From Oscillospiraceae bacterium (GTDB lineage: Bacteria > Bacillota > Clostridia > Oscillospirales > Oscillospiraceae), in the NCBI GenBank assembly GCA_902774015.1, contig CACYHB010000004.1:20299-84298 (forward strand): DNA of 64,000 nucleotides, read 5' to 3'. The notes beneath the pieces are model-generated. The model ran no database searches. It was not told the DNA's origin and saw only the letters and a program-made list of their open reading frames with translations. The translations under genes were made by a program, and so were the position numbers. Shown here piece after piece: positions 1-10,592 of this stretch (positions within the stretch are counted from its first letter, which is position 1; each line of letters starts with the position of its first letter).

Positions 1-291
1 GGAGAGGTTGATGACCATGTCCACCTCGTCCGCGCCGTTTTTGACGGCGTCGGCTGCCTCAAAGGCCTTGACCGCGCTGGTGCTGTAGCCGTTGGGGAAC
101 CCGATGACCGTGCAGATCTTCATTCTGTCGCCCACGTAGCGCTTGGCGCCCGCCACGTGACAGGGCGGGATGCACACGGATGCGCAGCGGTATTTGATCG
201 CCTGGTCGCAGAGTTTGCGGATCTCTTCGCTGGTGCAGTCCACCCGCAGCAGGGTGTGGTCGCATTTTTCCAGTATCTCTTTGATCTCCAT
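1..291 (-). CDS. deoC: deoxyribose-phosphate aldolase, N-terminal part (gene runs off the left edge of the window)
   Basis: Own reverse-strand translation from the ATG at 291-289: MEIKEILEKCDHTLLRVDCTSEEIRKLCDQAIKYRCASVCIPPCHVAGAKRYVGDRMKICTVIGFPNGYSTSAVKAFEAADAVKNGADEVDMVINL. This is a typical DeoC N-terminus (DHTLL, IGFPNG, DEVDMVIN). It is absent from the ORF track because there is no stop codon inside the window. AAAGGAG lies 7 nt upstream. Confidence 0.85.
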   Translation of the reverse strand, partial: MEIKEILEKCDHTLLRVDCTSEEIRKLCDQAIKYRCASVCIPPCHVAGAKRYVGDRMKICTVIGFPNGYSTSAVKAFEAADAVKNGADEVDMVINLS

Positions 292-342
292 ATGAAGTCT
301 CCTTTGTTGTGATGCCTTGCGGCGTTTCGCCCTAGTATGATC

Positions 343-371
343 ATTATACCTGTTTTCCCGGTCATATTCAA
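343..371 (-). promoter_or_regulatory. sigma-A type promoter for deoC
   Basis: Reverse strand reads TTGAAT (371-366), a 17-nt spacer, then TATAAT (348-343), about 50 nt upstream of the deoC ATG. Confidence 0.5.
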
Positions 372-417
372 GAGTCGCCGAGAATAGATTGAAGCATCTC
401 AACAAAGGAGCAGCAAC

Positions 418-1056
418 ATGGACATGATCTCGGAAAGCAACGCCCTGCGCCTCTGCGGCGCGGCGGCGGGCAGTCCCTTCTATTCTCACAGTACCCGCGG
501 CGCGGAATTCTGGCAGTTTCTCCTCTCGATCCGCCGGCTCTCCGGTACGGAGGATCGGATCCCCGTGATCCTTCGACGCGAGATCCTGGACCGTCTCTCC
601 CTTTCGGAGGGAGATCGCCTGCAGGTGGAGGGAGAACTGCGCAGCTTCAACAACCGCCGCGGCGAGGGGGCGAAGCTGGTGATCACCGCCTACGCCCGCC
701 AGGTGCAGCGCTGGGACGGGCCCGATGAAAACCGTCTCTCTCTTCTGGGCACGCTCTGCAAGCCGCCTTCCCTGCGGCAGACCCCCCTGGGGCGGGACAT
801 ATGCGACCTGATGCTGGCGGTAAACCGCCGCTGCGGCCGCTCGGACTATCTGCCCTGTATCTGCTGGGGCTCGCTGGCCCGGCGGGCAGCCGCCTGGCAG
901 GTGGGCGACCGGCTGCGGCTGGTGGGCCGCGTGCAGAGCCGAAACTATCTCAAGGTGACGGAACAGGGCCAGGTGGAGCGCACCGCCTACGAGGTGAGCG
1001 TCACCGAGGCCTCGCGGATCCCTTCCGCTGTGACGGAAGCGGCCGAGGTCAGATGA
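418..1056 (+). CDS. SSB-like protein with two OB-fold-like halves and no acidic C-terminal tail
   Basis: 212-aa ORF with AGGAG 7 nt upstream of the ATG. The second half (LPCICWGSLARRAAAWQVGDRLRLVGRVQSRNYLKVTEQGQVERTAYEVSV) matches the SSB OB-fold pattern. The first half (IPVILRREILDRLSLSEGDRLQVEGELRSFNNRRGEGAKLVITAY) repeats that pattern. There is no D/E-rich tail. Confidence 0.6.
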   Translation: MDMISESNALRLCGAAAGSPFYSHSTRGAEFWQFLLSIRRLSGTEDRIPVILRREILDRLSLSEGDRLQVEGELRSFNNRRGEGAKLVITAYARQVQRWDGPDENRLSLLGTLCKPPSLRQTPLGRDICDLMLAVNRRCGRSDYLPCICWGSLARRAAAWQVGDRLRLVGRVQSRNYLKVTEQGQVERTAYEVSVTEASRIPSAVTEAAEVR

Positions 1057-1135
1057 GGGAAAACAAGCACTGCTTTTGTCGAAAGCCTTGACGCCCTCCG
1101 GGAAATACATTATGTTAACCTTCGGAGGTGGTTTC

Positions 1136-1681
1136 ATGAGACAGATCCGATGGCTGCCGCTGATTCTGGCGCTGGCTGCGCTGTTGGCCGCCAATCTGCG
1201 TGTGCAGTACCGTGTGCGGATAAACGGTGAGGAACTCCCGGGGACATACAGCGCCGCCGTTCTGCGGCAGAGTATGCGCGCCGCGGAGACGGCGGCGGAG
1301 GAGATCCTGCGCTGCGATGCGAAGATGCCCGAGGTGGAGCGCCGCCCGCGGCTCTCTCTGCGGCGGCCGGACAACGACGGCCGGGCCCTGACAGAGGCGC
1401 TGCTGCGCCCGGTATCGGGGGTAGCCTCTGCGGACGCCGTCTTTCTCAACGGGCTGCGGCTCGGCACGGTGCCGGACGGCTCGGAGCTCTGCCGGGGTCT
1501 GCGGGAACTGATCCGGGAGCAGATGCCTGCGTCTGCGGTCTCCGGCAACATCAGCGGACAGCTCATGCTGCGGCGGGTCTACACCCGCGCGGAGGCACAG
1601 GACGCATACGACGAGCTGCTGGCGCAGATCACAGGCATGGCCCCGGTGATCTATCTGGACGGCAGCGGAAAGCTGGCCTGA
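1136..1681 (+). CDS. hypothetical membrane-anchored protein
   Basis: ORF 1076-1681. I prefer the ATG at 1136 because GGAGGTGG lies 7 nt upstream. The N-terminus MRQIRWLPLILALAALLAANL is a signal anchor. I recognise no family. Confidence 0.5.
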   Translation: MRQIRWLPLILALAALLAANLRVQYRVRINGEELPGTYSAAVLRQSMRAAETAAEEILRCDAKMPEVERRPRLSLRRPDNDGRALTEALLRPVSGVASADAVFLNGLRLGTVPDGSELCRGLRELIREQMPASAVSGNISGQLMLRRVYTRAEAQDAYDELLAQITGMAPVIYLDGSGKLA

Positions 1682-1724
1682 ACCGAGGGGCACGGTCTGT
1701 CCCTTTCCCTTTTCCTGAAAAGCA

Positions 1725-1751
1725 GCAGCCGGAGGCAATGCCTCCGGCTGT
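1725..1751. terminator. hairpin between convergent genes, probably a bidirectional terminator
   Basis: GCAGCCGGAGGC-AAT-GCCTCCGGCTG(T). On the reverse strand it is followed by CTGCTTTTCAGG. Confidence 0.5.
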
Positions 1752-1753
1752 GC

Positions 1754-2191
1754 TTATATGAGTTCGGAAATCCGGCTCTCGCCGAGTACTTTGATCCCCG
1801 CGCAGCGCAGCTCTTCCGCCGCCGTTCCCCATCCGGGGACAAGCGCTGCCGTGAAGCTGCCGTCGTAGATCTCCCCGCTCCCGCAGGAAGGACTGCGTTC
1901 CTTCAGCAGCGCCGTCCGGCAGCCCTGCTTTTCGGCGATCGCCAGCGCGCAGCGCGCCCCGCTGCGATACCGGGCCGTCACGTCCTCCCCCGACCGGTTC
2001 ACCACACGCTCTCCCCTTCTCTCTGCCGGGAGGCGCGGCACGGGCAGCCCGCCCGCGACCTCGGGGCAAACAGGAAGCAGTCGGTACTTTTTCCGCAGCG
2101 CTTCGAGAAGCTCTTCGGGCAGGGCGTTGCTTCCGCCGCTGTACTTGCAGTTCACGCCCAGCAGGCAGGCGCTGATGAGCAGCGCCTCCAT
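1754..2191 (-). CDS. DUF523 (YbbK/TudS-like) family protein
   Basis: MEALLISACLLGVNCKYSGGSN...LLPVCPEVAGGLPVPR...SPSCG is the DUF523 signature. I chose the start at 2191 (ORF extends to 2245) because it sits 1 nt after the stop of the upstream gene. Confidence 0.8.
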   Translation of the reverse strand: MEALLISACLLGVNCKYSGGSNALPEELLEALRKKYRLLPVCPEVAGGLPVPRLPAERRGERVVNRSGEDVTARYRSGARCALAIAEKQGCRTALLKERSPSCGSGEIYDGSFTAALVPGWGTAAEELRCAGIKVLGESRISELI

Positions 2192-2192
2192 C

Positions 2193-2701
2193 TCAGGCGA
2201 GAGCCGCGAGGGCGTCGGCATAACAACTCTCGGTGCGCGCGTCAAAGCAGACCATGCGCACCCGTTCGATCTCGGGATGCGCGTTCAGGTACTCTGCGAT
2301 GGTGCCGACGGCGATCGATGCCGCCTTCTCCAGCGGAAAGTGATACACGCCGGTGCTGATGGAGGGGAAGTCCACGGTTTTGCAGCCGTTTTCGCTCGCC
2401 AGCTCCAGGCAGGAGCGGTAGCAGGAGGCAAGCAGCTTCTCTTCGCCGTATCCGCCGCCGTGCCAGACGGGTCCGGGCGTGTGGATGACGTATCTGGCCG
2501 GAAGCCGATAGCCCTTTGTGATCTTGGCTTTCCCGGTCTCGCAGCCGTGCAGCGTGCGGCATTCCGCCAGCAGCTCCGGCCCGGCGGCCCGGTGGATGGC
2601 GCCGTCCACCCCGCCGCCGCCCAGCAGCGAGCAGTTGGCGGCGTTCACGATGGCGTCCACCGCCTGCTTCGTGATATCGCCCCGGATGATTTCAATGCGG
2701 C

Positions 2702-2705
<4 letters not shown>
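2193..2705 (-). CDS. macro domain protein (O-acetyl-ADP-ribose deacetylase type, YmdB-like)
   Basis: 170 aa: [37 protein letters not shown]...[10 protein letters not shown]. Its ATG overlaps the clpC-like stop codon (ATGA at 2702-2705). Confidence 0.9.
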
Positions 2706-5020
<2,315 letters not shown>

Positions 5021-5124
5021 AAGTCCTCCTCGGGGATAGTTTTGAGCCGGCCGGAGCAGTCAGCGCCCGGCGCCGGACAGCACGCGCGCTGCCTGGTGCC
5101 GGGCGCTGAGCGCTGTGCGCATAC

Positions 5125-5850
5125 TCATAGCAGATTGTTCGTGATAAAGCGGAAGGCCAGGAAGAAGCGGCCCAGCGTGGTGCTGCCCAGCGTATCCTTG
5201 CCGATCAGGATGCCGAAAAAGCTCAAAAGCCAGCACAGCAGCACACAGTAGAACATACCCTTCACAAAGCCCAGCACCGCGCCGCCGATCTCGTCGAGAA
5301 GCTCCAGATTCGGCAGCCGGAAAGACAGGTTCCCCACGTTCCCTATGGCTACCAGCAGGATCAGGATCAGCAGGAAGGCGATCACCAGTCCGCCCACATA
5401 GCTGATGGTATCGCTGAGCGTGGAGATCACCGCGCTCTGCATGCTCATGCCGGTCTCGTCGGCGGTCTGCACCGCCCATTCGCCCAGCTCTTCGGCCCGC
5501 TGGTCATAAAAGCCCACCGTGCGGTAGCACTCATAGGCATAGTCGTAGCGCAGAGAGGGGTCCTGCGCCAGCACGTCCTCCAGGGAGAGGCTGCTGTCGC
5601 CGTAGCCCATCTCCTCCAGCACGCCGTCCCGGGTCTTCTGGGAGCTGATGAAGCCGTCCACAAAGGGCTGCAGCGCCGGGACCACCTCGTGGGAGTAGGC
5701 CGAGGACAGAAGGCTTCCGCCGAAGAGGGCGATCACGATGGCGAGGATGCCGGCGATCCCGCCGATCAGCCCGCGCCGGTAGCCGCCCCAGGTACAGAGC
5801 GCCACGATCACCAGCAGAACGATATCTATGATCAGTCTCATCATTGTCAT
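5125..5850 (-). CDS. cvpA: CvpA family membrane protein
   Basis: 241 aa: RLIIDIVLLVIVALCTWGGYRRGLIGGIAGILAIVIALFG plus further TM helices. The start could instead be the ATG at 5844. Confidence 0.75.
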   Translation of the reverse strand: MTMMRLIIDIVLLVIVALCTWGGYRRGLIGGIAGILAIVIALFGGSLLSSAYSHEVVPALQPFVDGFISSQKTRDGVLEEMGYGDSSLSLEDVLAQDPSLRYDYAYECYRTVGFYDQRAEELGEWAVQTADETGMSMQSAVISTLSDTISYVGGLVIAFLLILILLVAIGNVGNLSFRLPNLELLDEIGGAVLGFVKGMFYCVLLCWLLSFFGILIGKDTLGSTTLGRFFLAFRFITNNLL

Positions 5851-5962
5851 TCACCTGCTTTGCGCGTTTTTTCCGCGCCGCTATGTCGATAGTTTACCAT
5901 GGAATTATGAACAAATAAACTGTTTTGTTTTTCCACCGCCGCGCGGTGAAAAACCGAGGCCG

Positions 5963-6727
5963 CTATCGCAGCATCATTTCTCCGACTTCTCCCTCGTACC
6001 AGATTCTGTTGAGGTACAGCCCCTGGGGCGGCATGGTGGGGCCGGTCAGCCGCCGGTCTCCTTTTTCCAGCAGCTCGGGGATCTCCTCGGGCCGGAGCTT
6101 GCCGTAGGAGGCGTAGATCATCGTGCCCACCATGGCCCGGCACATGTTGTACAGAAAGCCGTCGGCGCAGATGGAAACCGTGATCAGATCCCCCTCCTTT
6201 TCCGCCCGGCAGTGGTACACGGTGCGCACGGTGGTTTTCGTCTCTGTGCCCACGCTGCGCACGGCGCGAAAGTCGTGGGTGCCCTCGAAGGCCTGGGCCG
6301 CCGCCTGCATCTGCGTCATGTCCAGCTCCTGGGGATAGAAGCAGACCCGGTTTTGGAGAAAGGGGTCCCGAATATTGCTATTGTGTATTTTATAGATATA
6401 TTCCTTTTTTATACAGGAACCGATGGCGTTGAAGTCCGCCGGCGCCTCCACCGCGTCCTGCACCGCGATGTCCATGGGCAGGCGGGAATTGACCGCCAGC
6501 GCCATGCGCTCGATGGGGATGCGGCAGTCGCTGCGGAAATTCGCGCAGTAGCGCAGGGCGTGTACGCCCGCGTCGGTCCTTCCGCAGCCCACGGTCTTCA
6601 CCGGGTGCCCGCAGGCCTTTGTGAGCGCCGTCTCCAGCGTCTCGGCCACGGTGATCTCGTTTTTCTGCACCTGCCAGCCGTGATAATTGCTTCCGTCATA
6701 GCTGAGGCGCAATGCGATGTTTCTCAC
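5963..6727 (-). CDS. truA: tRNA pseudouridine(38-40) synthase
   Basis: MRNIALRLSYDGSNYHGWQVQ...GCGRTDAGVHAL is the TruA signature. GTG start at 6727 with CAGGAG 7 nt upstream. Confidence 0.9.
   Translation of the reverse strand: MRNIALRLSYDGSNYHGWQVQKNEITVAETLETALTKACGHPVKTVGCGRTDAGVHALRYCANFRSDCRIPIERMALAVNSRLPMDIAVQDAVEAPADFNAIGSCIKKEYIYKIHNSNIRDPFLQNRVCFYPQELDMTQMQAAAQAFEGTHDFRAVRSVGTETKTTVRTVYHCRAEKEGDLITVSICADGFLYNMCRAMVGTMIYASYGKLRPEEIPELLEKGDRRLTGPTMPPQGLYLNRIWYEGEVGEMMLR
6697..6726 (-). repeat. 30-nt direct repeat, copy B (the functional truA 5' end)
   Basis: catagctgaggcgcaatgcgatgtttctca is identical to 6856-6885. The two copies are 159 nt apart. Confidence 0.95.
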
Positions 6728-6739
6728 ATGAACACTCCT

Positions 6740-6780
6740 GAAAATCCCCCAACCGAAGCCTCCGGTGAGGCTTTGGTTGG
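6740..6780 (-). terminator. terminator-like hairpin inside the 159-bp insertion between ecfT and truA
   Basis: Reverse strand reads CCAACCAAAGCCTC-ACCG-GAGGCTTCGGTTGG followed by GGGATTTTCAGG. The U-tract is short, so it may leak or act only as an RNA-stabilising hairpin. Confidence 0.4.
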
Positions 6781-6855
6781 GAAAGGAAGAATAAGGGCGG
6801 CGGTCAATGCGGCCGTCGAACGCGGCCGTATGACCTCACGGCCTTATTCTGACGC

Positions 6856-6885
6856 CATAGCTGAGGCGCAATGCGATGTTTCTCA
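6856..6885 (-). repeat. 30-nt direct repeat, copy A (relic truA start directly after the ecfT stop)
   Basis: Identical to 6697-6726. With the ATG at 6886 it opens a 16-codon relic ORF, MRNIALRLSYGVRIRP-stop, beginning 5 nt after the ecfT TGA. Confidence 0.95.
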
Positions 6886-6891
6886 TTTCCA

Positions 6892-7689
6892 TCACAGTCC
6901 GAAATGCTTGAGCACGATGACCGCCGCGACGAACAGCAGGCCGCAGGCCAGGGCGATCCAGTCCCGCCGCGCCATCACGAGCTGCTTCATGCGGGTGCGG
7001 CCCTCTCCCCCGTGGTAGCAGCGGCTCTCCATCGCCACGGCCAGCTCGTCCGCCCGGCGAAAGGCCGAGACGAAGAGAGGCACCAGGATCGGCAGCAGCG
7101 CGCGGGCGCGCTGGATCAGGTTGCCGTTTTCAAAGTCCGCGCCCCTGGCCTTCTGGGCCGACATGATCTTGTCCGTCTCCTCGATAAGGGTGGGGATGAA
7201 GCGCAGGGCCATGGACATCATAATGGTCATCTCGTGCACCGGTACATGCAGCTTCTTGAGCGGGTTCATCAGGCGCTCCAGCCCGTCGGTCAGCGCCATG
7301 GGGCTGGTGGTATAGGTCAGCAGGAAGGTGCCCGCGATCAGAAGCGTGATGCGCAGCATCATCTTCACGGCCCGCTCGATGCCCTCCCAGGTGACGATCC
7401 AGCCGGGGACGACGGGTGTGCCGGAGGTATAGAAGATGTTGAGCGCCGCGGTCAGCGCGATGATGAAGAGCATGGGCTTGAGGCCCTTGAAGATATTCTT
7501 CGGGCTGATGTGGGAGACCGCCATGCACACGGCGGTCACCAGCAGCACGAGACCGTAGCCCACCCAGCCCGTGGCCTGAAACAGCGCCACGATATAGAGG
7601 AAAACCAGGATCAGCTTGGTGCGCGGGTCCAGCCTGTGCGCCAGGGTGTCGCCGGGGAAGAACTGGCCCAGGGTGATGTCCTTCAGCAT
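6892..7689 (-). CDS. ecfT: energy-coupling factor transporter transmembrane component
   Basis: 265 aa polytopic protein with an EcfT/CbiQ-like sequence (LDPRTKLILVFLYIV..., ARGADFE). It overlaps the ecfA2 stop. Confidence 0.9.
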   Translation of the reverse strand: MLKDITLGQFFPGDTLAHRLDPRTKLILVFLYIVALFQATGWVGYGLVLLVTAVCMAVSHISPKNIFKGLKPMLFIIALTAALNIFYTSGTPVVPGWIVTWEGIERAVKMMLRITLLIAGTFLLTYTTSPMALTDGLERLMNPLKKLHVPVHEMTIMMSMALRFIPTLIEETDKIMSAQKARGADFENGNLIQRARALLPILVPLFVSAFRRADELAVAMESRCYHGGEGRTRMKQLVMARRDWIALACGLLFVAAVIVLKHFGL

Positions 7690-8543
7690 GCCGACACCCC
7701 CTTTGCCCGCTTCACGGCGGCAAGAAGCTGCTCATGGGTAAACACGGCCTCCGGCAGCTCCATTCCCTTCTCCCGCAGAGCCATGGCGATGGCCGTGGCC
7801 TGAGGGACGGCAAGGCCGATGTCGATCAGCTCCTTCGGGCGGGAGAAGACCGCCTCCGGGCTTCCGTCCATGGCCACGTGCCCGTGGTCGAAGACGATCA
7901 GCCGCTCGGTGAGCCGCGCGGCGTCGTCCATGTTGTGGCTGACGATGATGACGGTGGCGCCTGTGCTCTCCCGGTAGCGGGTGATGTTGTTCATGATCTT
8001 GCGGCTGCCGGAGGGATCCAGGCCCGCGGTGGGTTCGTCCAGGATCAGGACCTCCGGCCGCATGGCGATGACGCCCGCGATGGCGACGCGCCGCTTCTGA
8101 CCGCCCGAGAGTTCCAGCGGAGAGCGGTCAAAGAGTTTCTCGTCCACACCCGAAAAGCCGGCGGCCTCGCGCACGCGCTGCTCAATCTCTTCCTTTTTGA
8201 GGCCCATGTTCTTCGGTCCGAATGCTATGTCGGCGAATACGGTCTCCTCGAAAAGCTGGTATTCCGGGTATTGAAAGACGAGCCCGACCTTCCATTTCAC
8301 GTCGTGGCGGCTCTTCTTGTCCCGGTTGATGTCCTCTCCGTCCAGCAGCACCCGGCCGGACGTGGGCTGCAGCAGGGCGTTGAGGTGCTGGATAAAGGTG
8401 GATTTTCCGGAGCCGGTGTGTCCCAGCACGCCCACGAACTGTCCCTGCGGGATCGTGAGGCTGATGCCGTCCACGGCCACTTTTTCAAAGGGAGTCCCGG
8501 CGCTGTAGGTATGCGTCAGGTTCTCCACGGTAATGACAGACAT
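7683..8543 (-). CDS. ecfA2: energy-coupling factor transporter ATPase
   Basis: 286 aa. Walker A GHTGSGKST, signature LSGGQKRRVAIA, Walker B ILDEPTAGLD. Confidence 0.9.
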   Translation of the reverse strand: MSVITVENLTHTYSAGTPFEKVAVDGISLTIPQGQFVGVLGHTGSGKSTFIQHLNALLQPTSGRVLLDGEDINRDKKSRHDVKWKVGLVFQYPEYQLFEETVFADIAFGPKNMGLKKEEIEQRVREAAGFSGVDEKLFDRSPLELSGGQKRRVAIAGVIAMRPEVLILDEPTAGLDPSGSRKIMNNITRYRESTGATVIIVSHNMDDAARLTERLIVFDHGHVAMDGSPEAVFSRPKELIDIGLAVPQATAIAMALREKGMELPEAVFTHEQLLAAVKRAKGVSAC

Positions 8544-8589
8544 AACGATTGTTTCCTTCCGGTCTCTCCCGCCCTCCGGCGGTGAGAGC

Positions 8590-9420
8590 TCAAAGTTTGG
8601 CGTTGATCACATGCTGTGCGCAGCCCTCGGCGTCCAGGCTGTCCAGCGGCAGGCGGAAGCCCGCCCTGTTCAGATCCCAGCAAAGCCGCGTGGTCTCCGG
8701 AACGTCCAGGCCCTTTTCCTGCATCAGCTCCACCTGGGAAAAAACCTCTCCGGGCGTGCCGTCGGCGGCGATCTGCCCGTAGGACATGACCAGCAGCCGG
8801 TCGGCCCCGATGCATTCCTCCATATGGTGGGTGATCAGCACGACGGTCATCCCCTTCTCCCGGCAGAGCCGCGTCACGGTAGAGATGACCTCCTGCCGTC
8901 CCTGGGGATCCAGCATGGCGGTGGGCTCGTCGAGAACGATGATGCGCGGCTGCATGGCCAGCACGCCCGCGATGGCTACCCGCTGTTTCTGGCCGCCGGA
9001 GAGCAGATGCGGCGCGTGCTGCCTGTGCTCGTACATACCCACGGCTTTGAGAGCGCTGTCCACACGCCGGCGGATCTCCTCCGGCGGCACGCCCAGGTTC
9101 TCCGGCGCGAAGGCCACGTCCTCCTCCACCACGTTGGCGACGATCTGGTTGTCCGGATTCTGGAAGACCATGCCCACGCTGCGGCGGATCTCCAGCAGGC
9201 GGTTTTCGTCGGCGGTATCGCAGCCGTTCACCAGCACCCTGCCCCGGGTCGGCACGAGGATGGCGTTCATGTGCTTTGCCAGCGTGGATTTGCCGGAGCC
9301 GTTGTGCCCCAGCACGGCCACGAAGCTCCCCTCCTCGATGCCCAGGTCGATGCCGCAGAGGCTCTCACGCTTGGCGTCGGGGTAGCTGAAATGTACGTTT
9401 TGAAATTCAATAATGCTCAT
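8590..9420 (-). CDS. ecfA1: energy-coupling factor transporter ATPase
   Basis: Start set at the ATG at 9420 (MSIIEFQNVHFSY); the ORF extends to 9594 with a low-complexity non-homologous lead. Walker A GHNGSGKST, signature LSGGQKQRVAIA. Confidence 0.9.
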   Translation of the reverse strand: MSIIEFQNVHFSYPDAKRESLCGIDLGIEEGSFVAVLGHNGSGKSTLAKHMNAILVPTRGRVLVNGCDTADENRLLEIRRSVGMVFQNPDNQIVANVVEEDVAFAPENLGVPPEEIRRRVDSALKAVGMYEHRQHAPHLLSGGQKQRVAIAGVLAMQPRIIVLDEPTAMLDPQGRQEVISTVTRLCREKGMTVVLITHHMEECIGADRLLVMSYGQIAADGTPGEVFSQVELMQEKGLDVPETTRLCWDLNRAGFRLPLDSLDAEGCAQHVINAKL

Positions 9421-9613
9421 AGTATCCTTTCCCGGCTCCTCAGAAGCGGGGCCGCAACGATTCGTTGAAGGCTGCCCGGCTTCTTCTGCCCCCGGCAGCG
9501 CCGCTGCGTCAGAAGAAGTTCGCTGCGTTTCGTTTCCGCCTGCGGCGAAAACTGCACATCCGCTCTCTCCTTCTTCCTTTCCCCCAAAAGACATACCGTC
9601 TTTTTGGGGAGTT

Positions 9614-10474
9614 TTACGCTTCCCACCGACACGTTGCCCCGCAGGGCAGATAAAGTCCAGAATCGGTCACGGGCAGGGCCAGTTCCCGGCTCTCGGAGCG
9701 GCCGCCGAATTTCTTTGTGAAGATGCTCTCAGTCACGTAACTCAGCACCGACGGGGAGAGGCCCGTGGTGTAGGAGTTGATGAGCACGAAGAGCGGGTCC
9801 TCGGACAGAACGCCCGCGACAAGGGACACAAAAGGCCAGAGGTTCTGCTCCAGCTTCCACACCTCGCCGCCGGGGCCGCGTCCGTAGGAGGGCGGGTCCA
9901 TGATGACGGCGTCGTAGCGGTGCCCGCGGCGGATTTCCCGCTCCACAAACTTGGCGCAGTCGTCCACGATCCAGCGGATCGGCGCCTCCTGCAGTCCGGA
10001 GGCTGCGGCGTTCTCCTTGCCCCAGGCCACCATGCCCTTGGCCGCGTCCACGTGGCAGACGGAGGCGCCCGCCTTTGCGCAGGCCACCGTGGCGCCGCCC
10101 GTGTAGGCGAAGAGATTCAGGACGCTGACGGGGCGGCCGGCGCTTCGGATCCTGGCCATGGCCCAGTCCCAGTTGGCGGCCTGCTCGGGGAAGAGGCCGG
10201 TGTGCTTGAAGTTCATGGGTTTTACGTGGAAAGTGAGTTCCTTATAGCGGATGCTCCACTGGGCGGGCAGACCGCCCTTGTCCCAGCTGCCGCCGCCGCT
10301 CTCGCTGCGGCGATAGCGCGCGTCCAGGTCGTTCCAGTGGGGGTTCCTTCTGGGGGTGTCCCAGATGGCCTGCGGGTCCGGGCGAACCAGGTAATACTCT
10401 CCCCAGCGCTCGAGCTTTTCCCCGCGGGAGCAATCCAGCACTTCAAAATCATTCCATTGATCGGCGATCCACAT
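9614..10474 (-). CDS. class I SAM-dependent (RlmI/RlmK-like) RNA methyltransferase
   Basis: 286 aa. Contains FKHTGLFPEQ, VLNLFAYTGGATVA (SAM motif I) and DAVIMDPPSYG (DPP motif). Confidence 0.8.
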   Translation of the reverse strand: MWIADQWNDFEVLDCSRGEKLERWGEYYLVRPDPQAIWDTPRRNPHWNDLDARYRRSESGGGSWDKGGLPAQWSIRYKELTFHVKPMNFKHTGLFPEQAANWDWAMARIRSAGRPVSVLNLFAYTGGATVACAKAGASVCHVDAAKGMVAWGKENAAASGLQEAPIRWIVDDCAKFVEREIRRGHRYDAVIMDPPSYGRGPGGEVWKLEQNLWPFVSLVAGVLSEDPLFVLINSYTTGLSPSVLSYVTESIFTKKFGGRSESRELALPVTDSGLYLPCGATCRWEA

Positions 10475-10511
10475 AGCAGCTAACCAACCCTGTCCGATAG
10501 TAATTCATGGT

Positions 10512-10540
10512 ATTTTAACACGCGTGCGTCCTGCGGTCAA
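10512..10540 (-). promoter_or_regulatory. sigma-A type promoter with extended -10, for the methyltransferase gene
   Basis: Reverse strand reads TTGACC (10540-10535), a 17-nt spacer ending in TGT, then TAAAAT (10517-10512). Confidence 0.55.
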
Positions 10541-10543
10541 TAG

Positions 10544-10575
10544 CAAACCGCCGCCCCTTCCGGGACGGCGGTTTG
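10544..10575 (-). terminator. hairpin terminator closing the 16.5-10.6 kb gene cluster
   Basis: CAAACCGCCG(T)CCC-GGAA-GGGGCGGCGGTTTG, 18 nt after the stop of the binding-protein gene. The U-tract is weak. Confidence 0.5.
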
Positions 10576-10592
10576 CGTACAAATGTCGTTTT

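Noticed and set aside
1076-1135. TTG start at 1076 for the hypothetical membrane protein
   Set aside because: It has no ribosome-binding site and begins 20 nt after the upstream stop codon. The ATG at 1136 has GGAGGTGG at the correct spacing and directly precedes the signal-anchor helix.
5021-5124. CtsR operator or terminator upstream of the ClpC-like gene
   Set aside because: An 11-bp inverted repeat (CAGCGCCCGGC...GCCGGGCGCTG) is present. There is no GGTCAAA direct-repeat CtsR box and no U-tract, so I left it unannotated.
5928-5953. Hairpin after truA as a terminator
   Set aside because: The stem TTTTTCCACCGC/GCGGTGAAAAA has its T-run on the 5' side in both orientations, so it is not a canonical intrinsic terminator.
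6728-6855. IS element or MITE between the truA repeats
   Set aside because: There is no transposase and no clear terminal inverted repeats at the insert boundaries. The 30-nt duplication is longer than typical target-site duplications. I kept it as an unexplained insertion in the findings.
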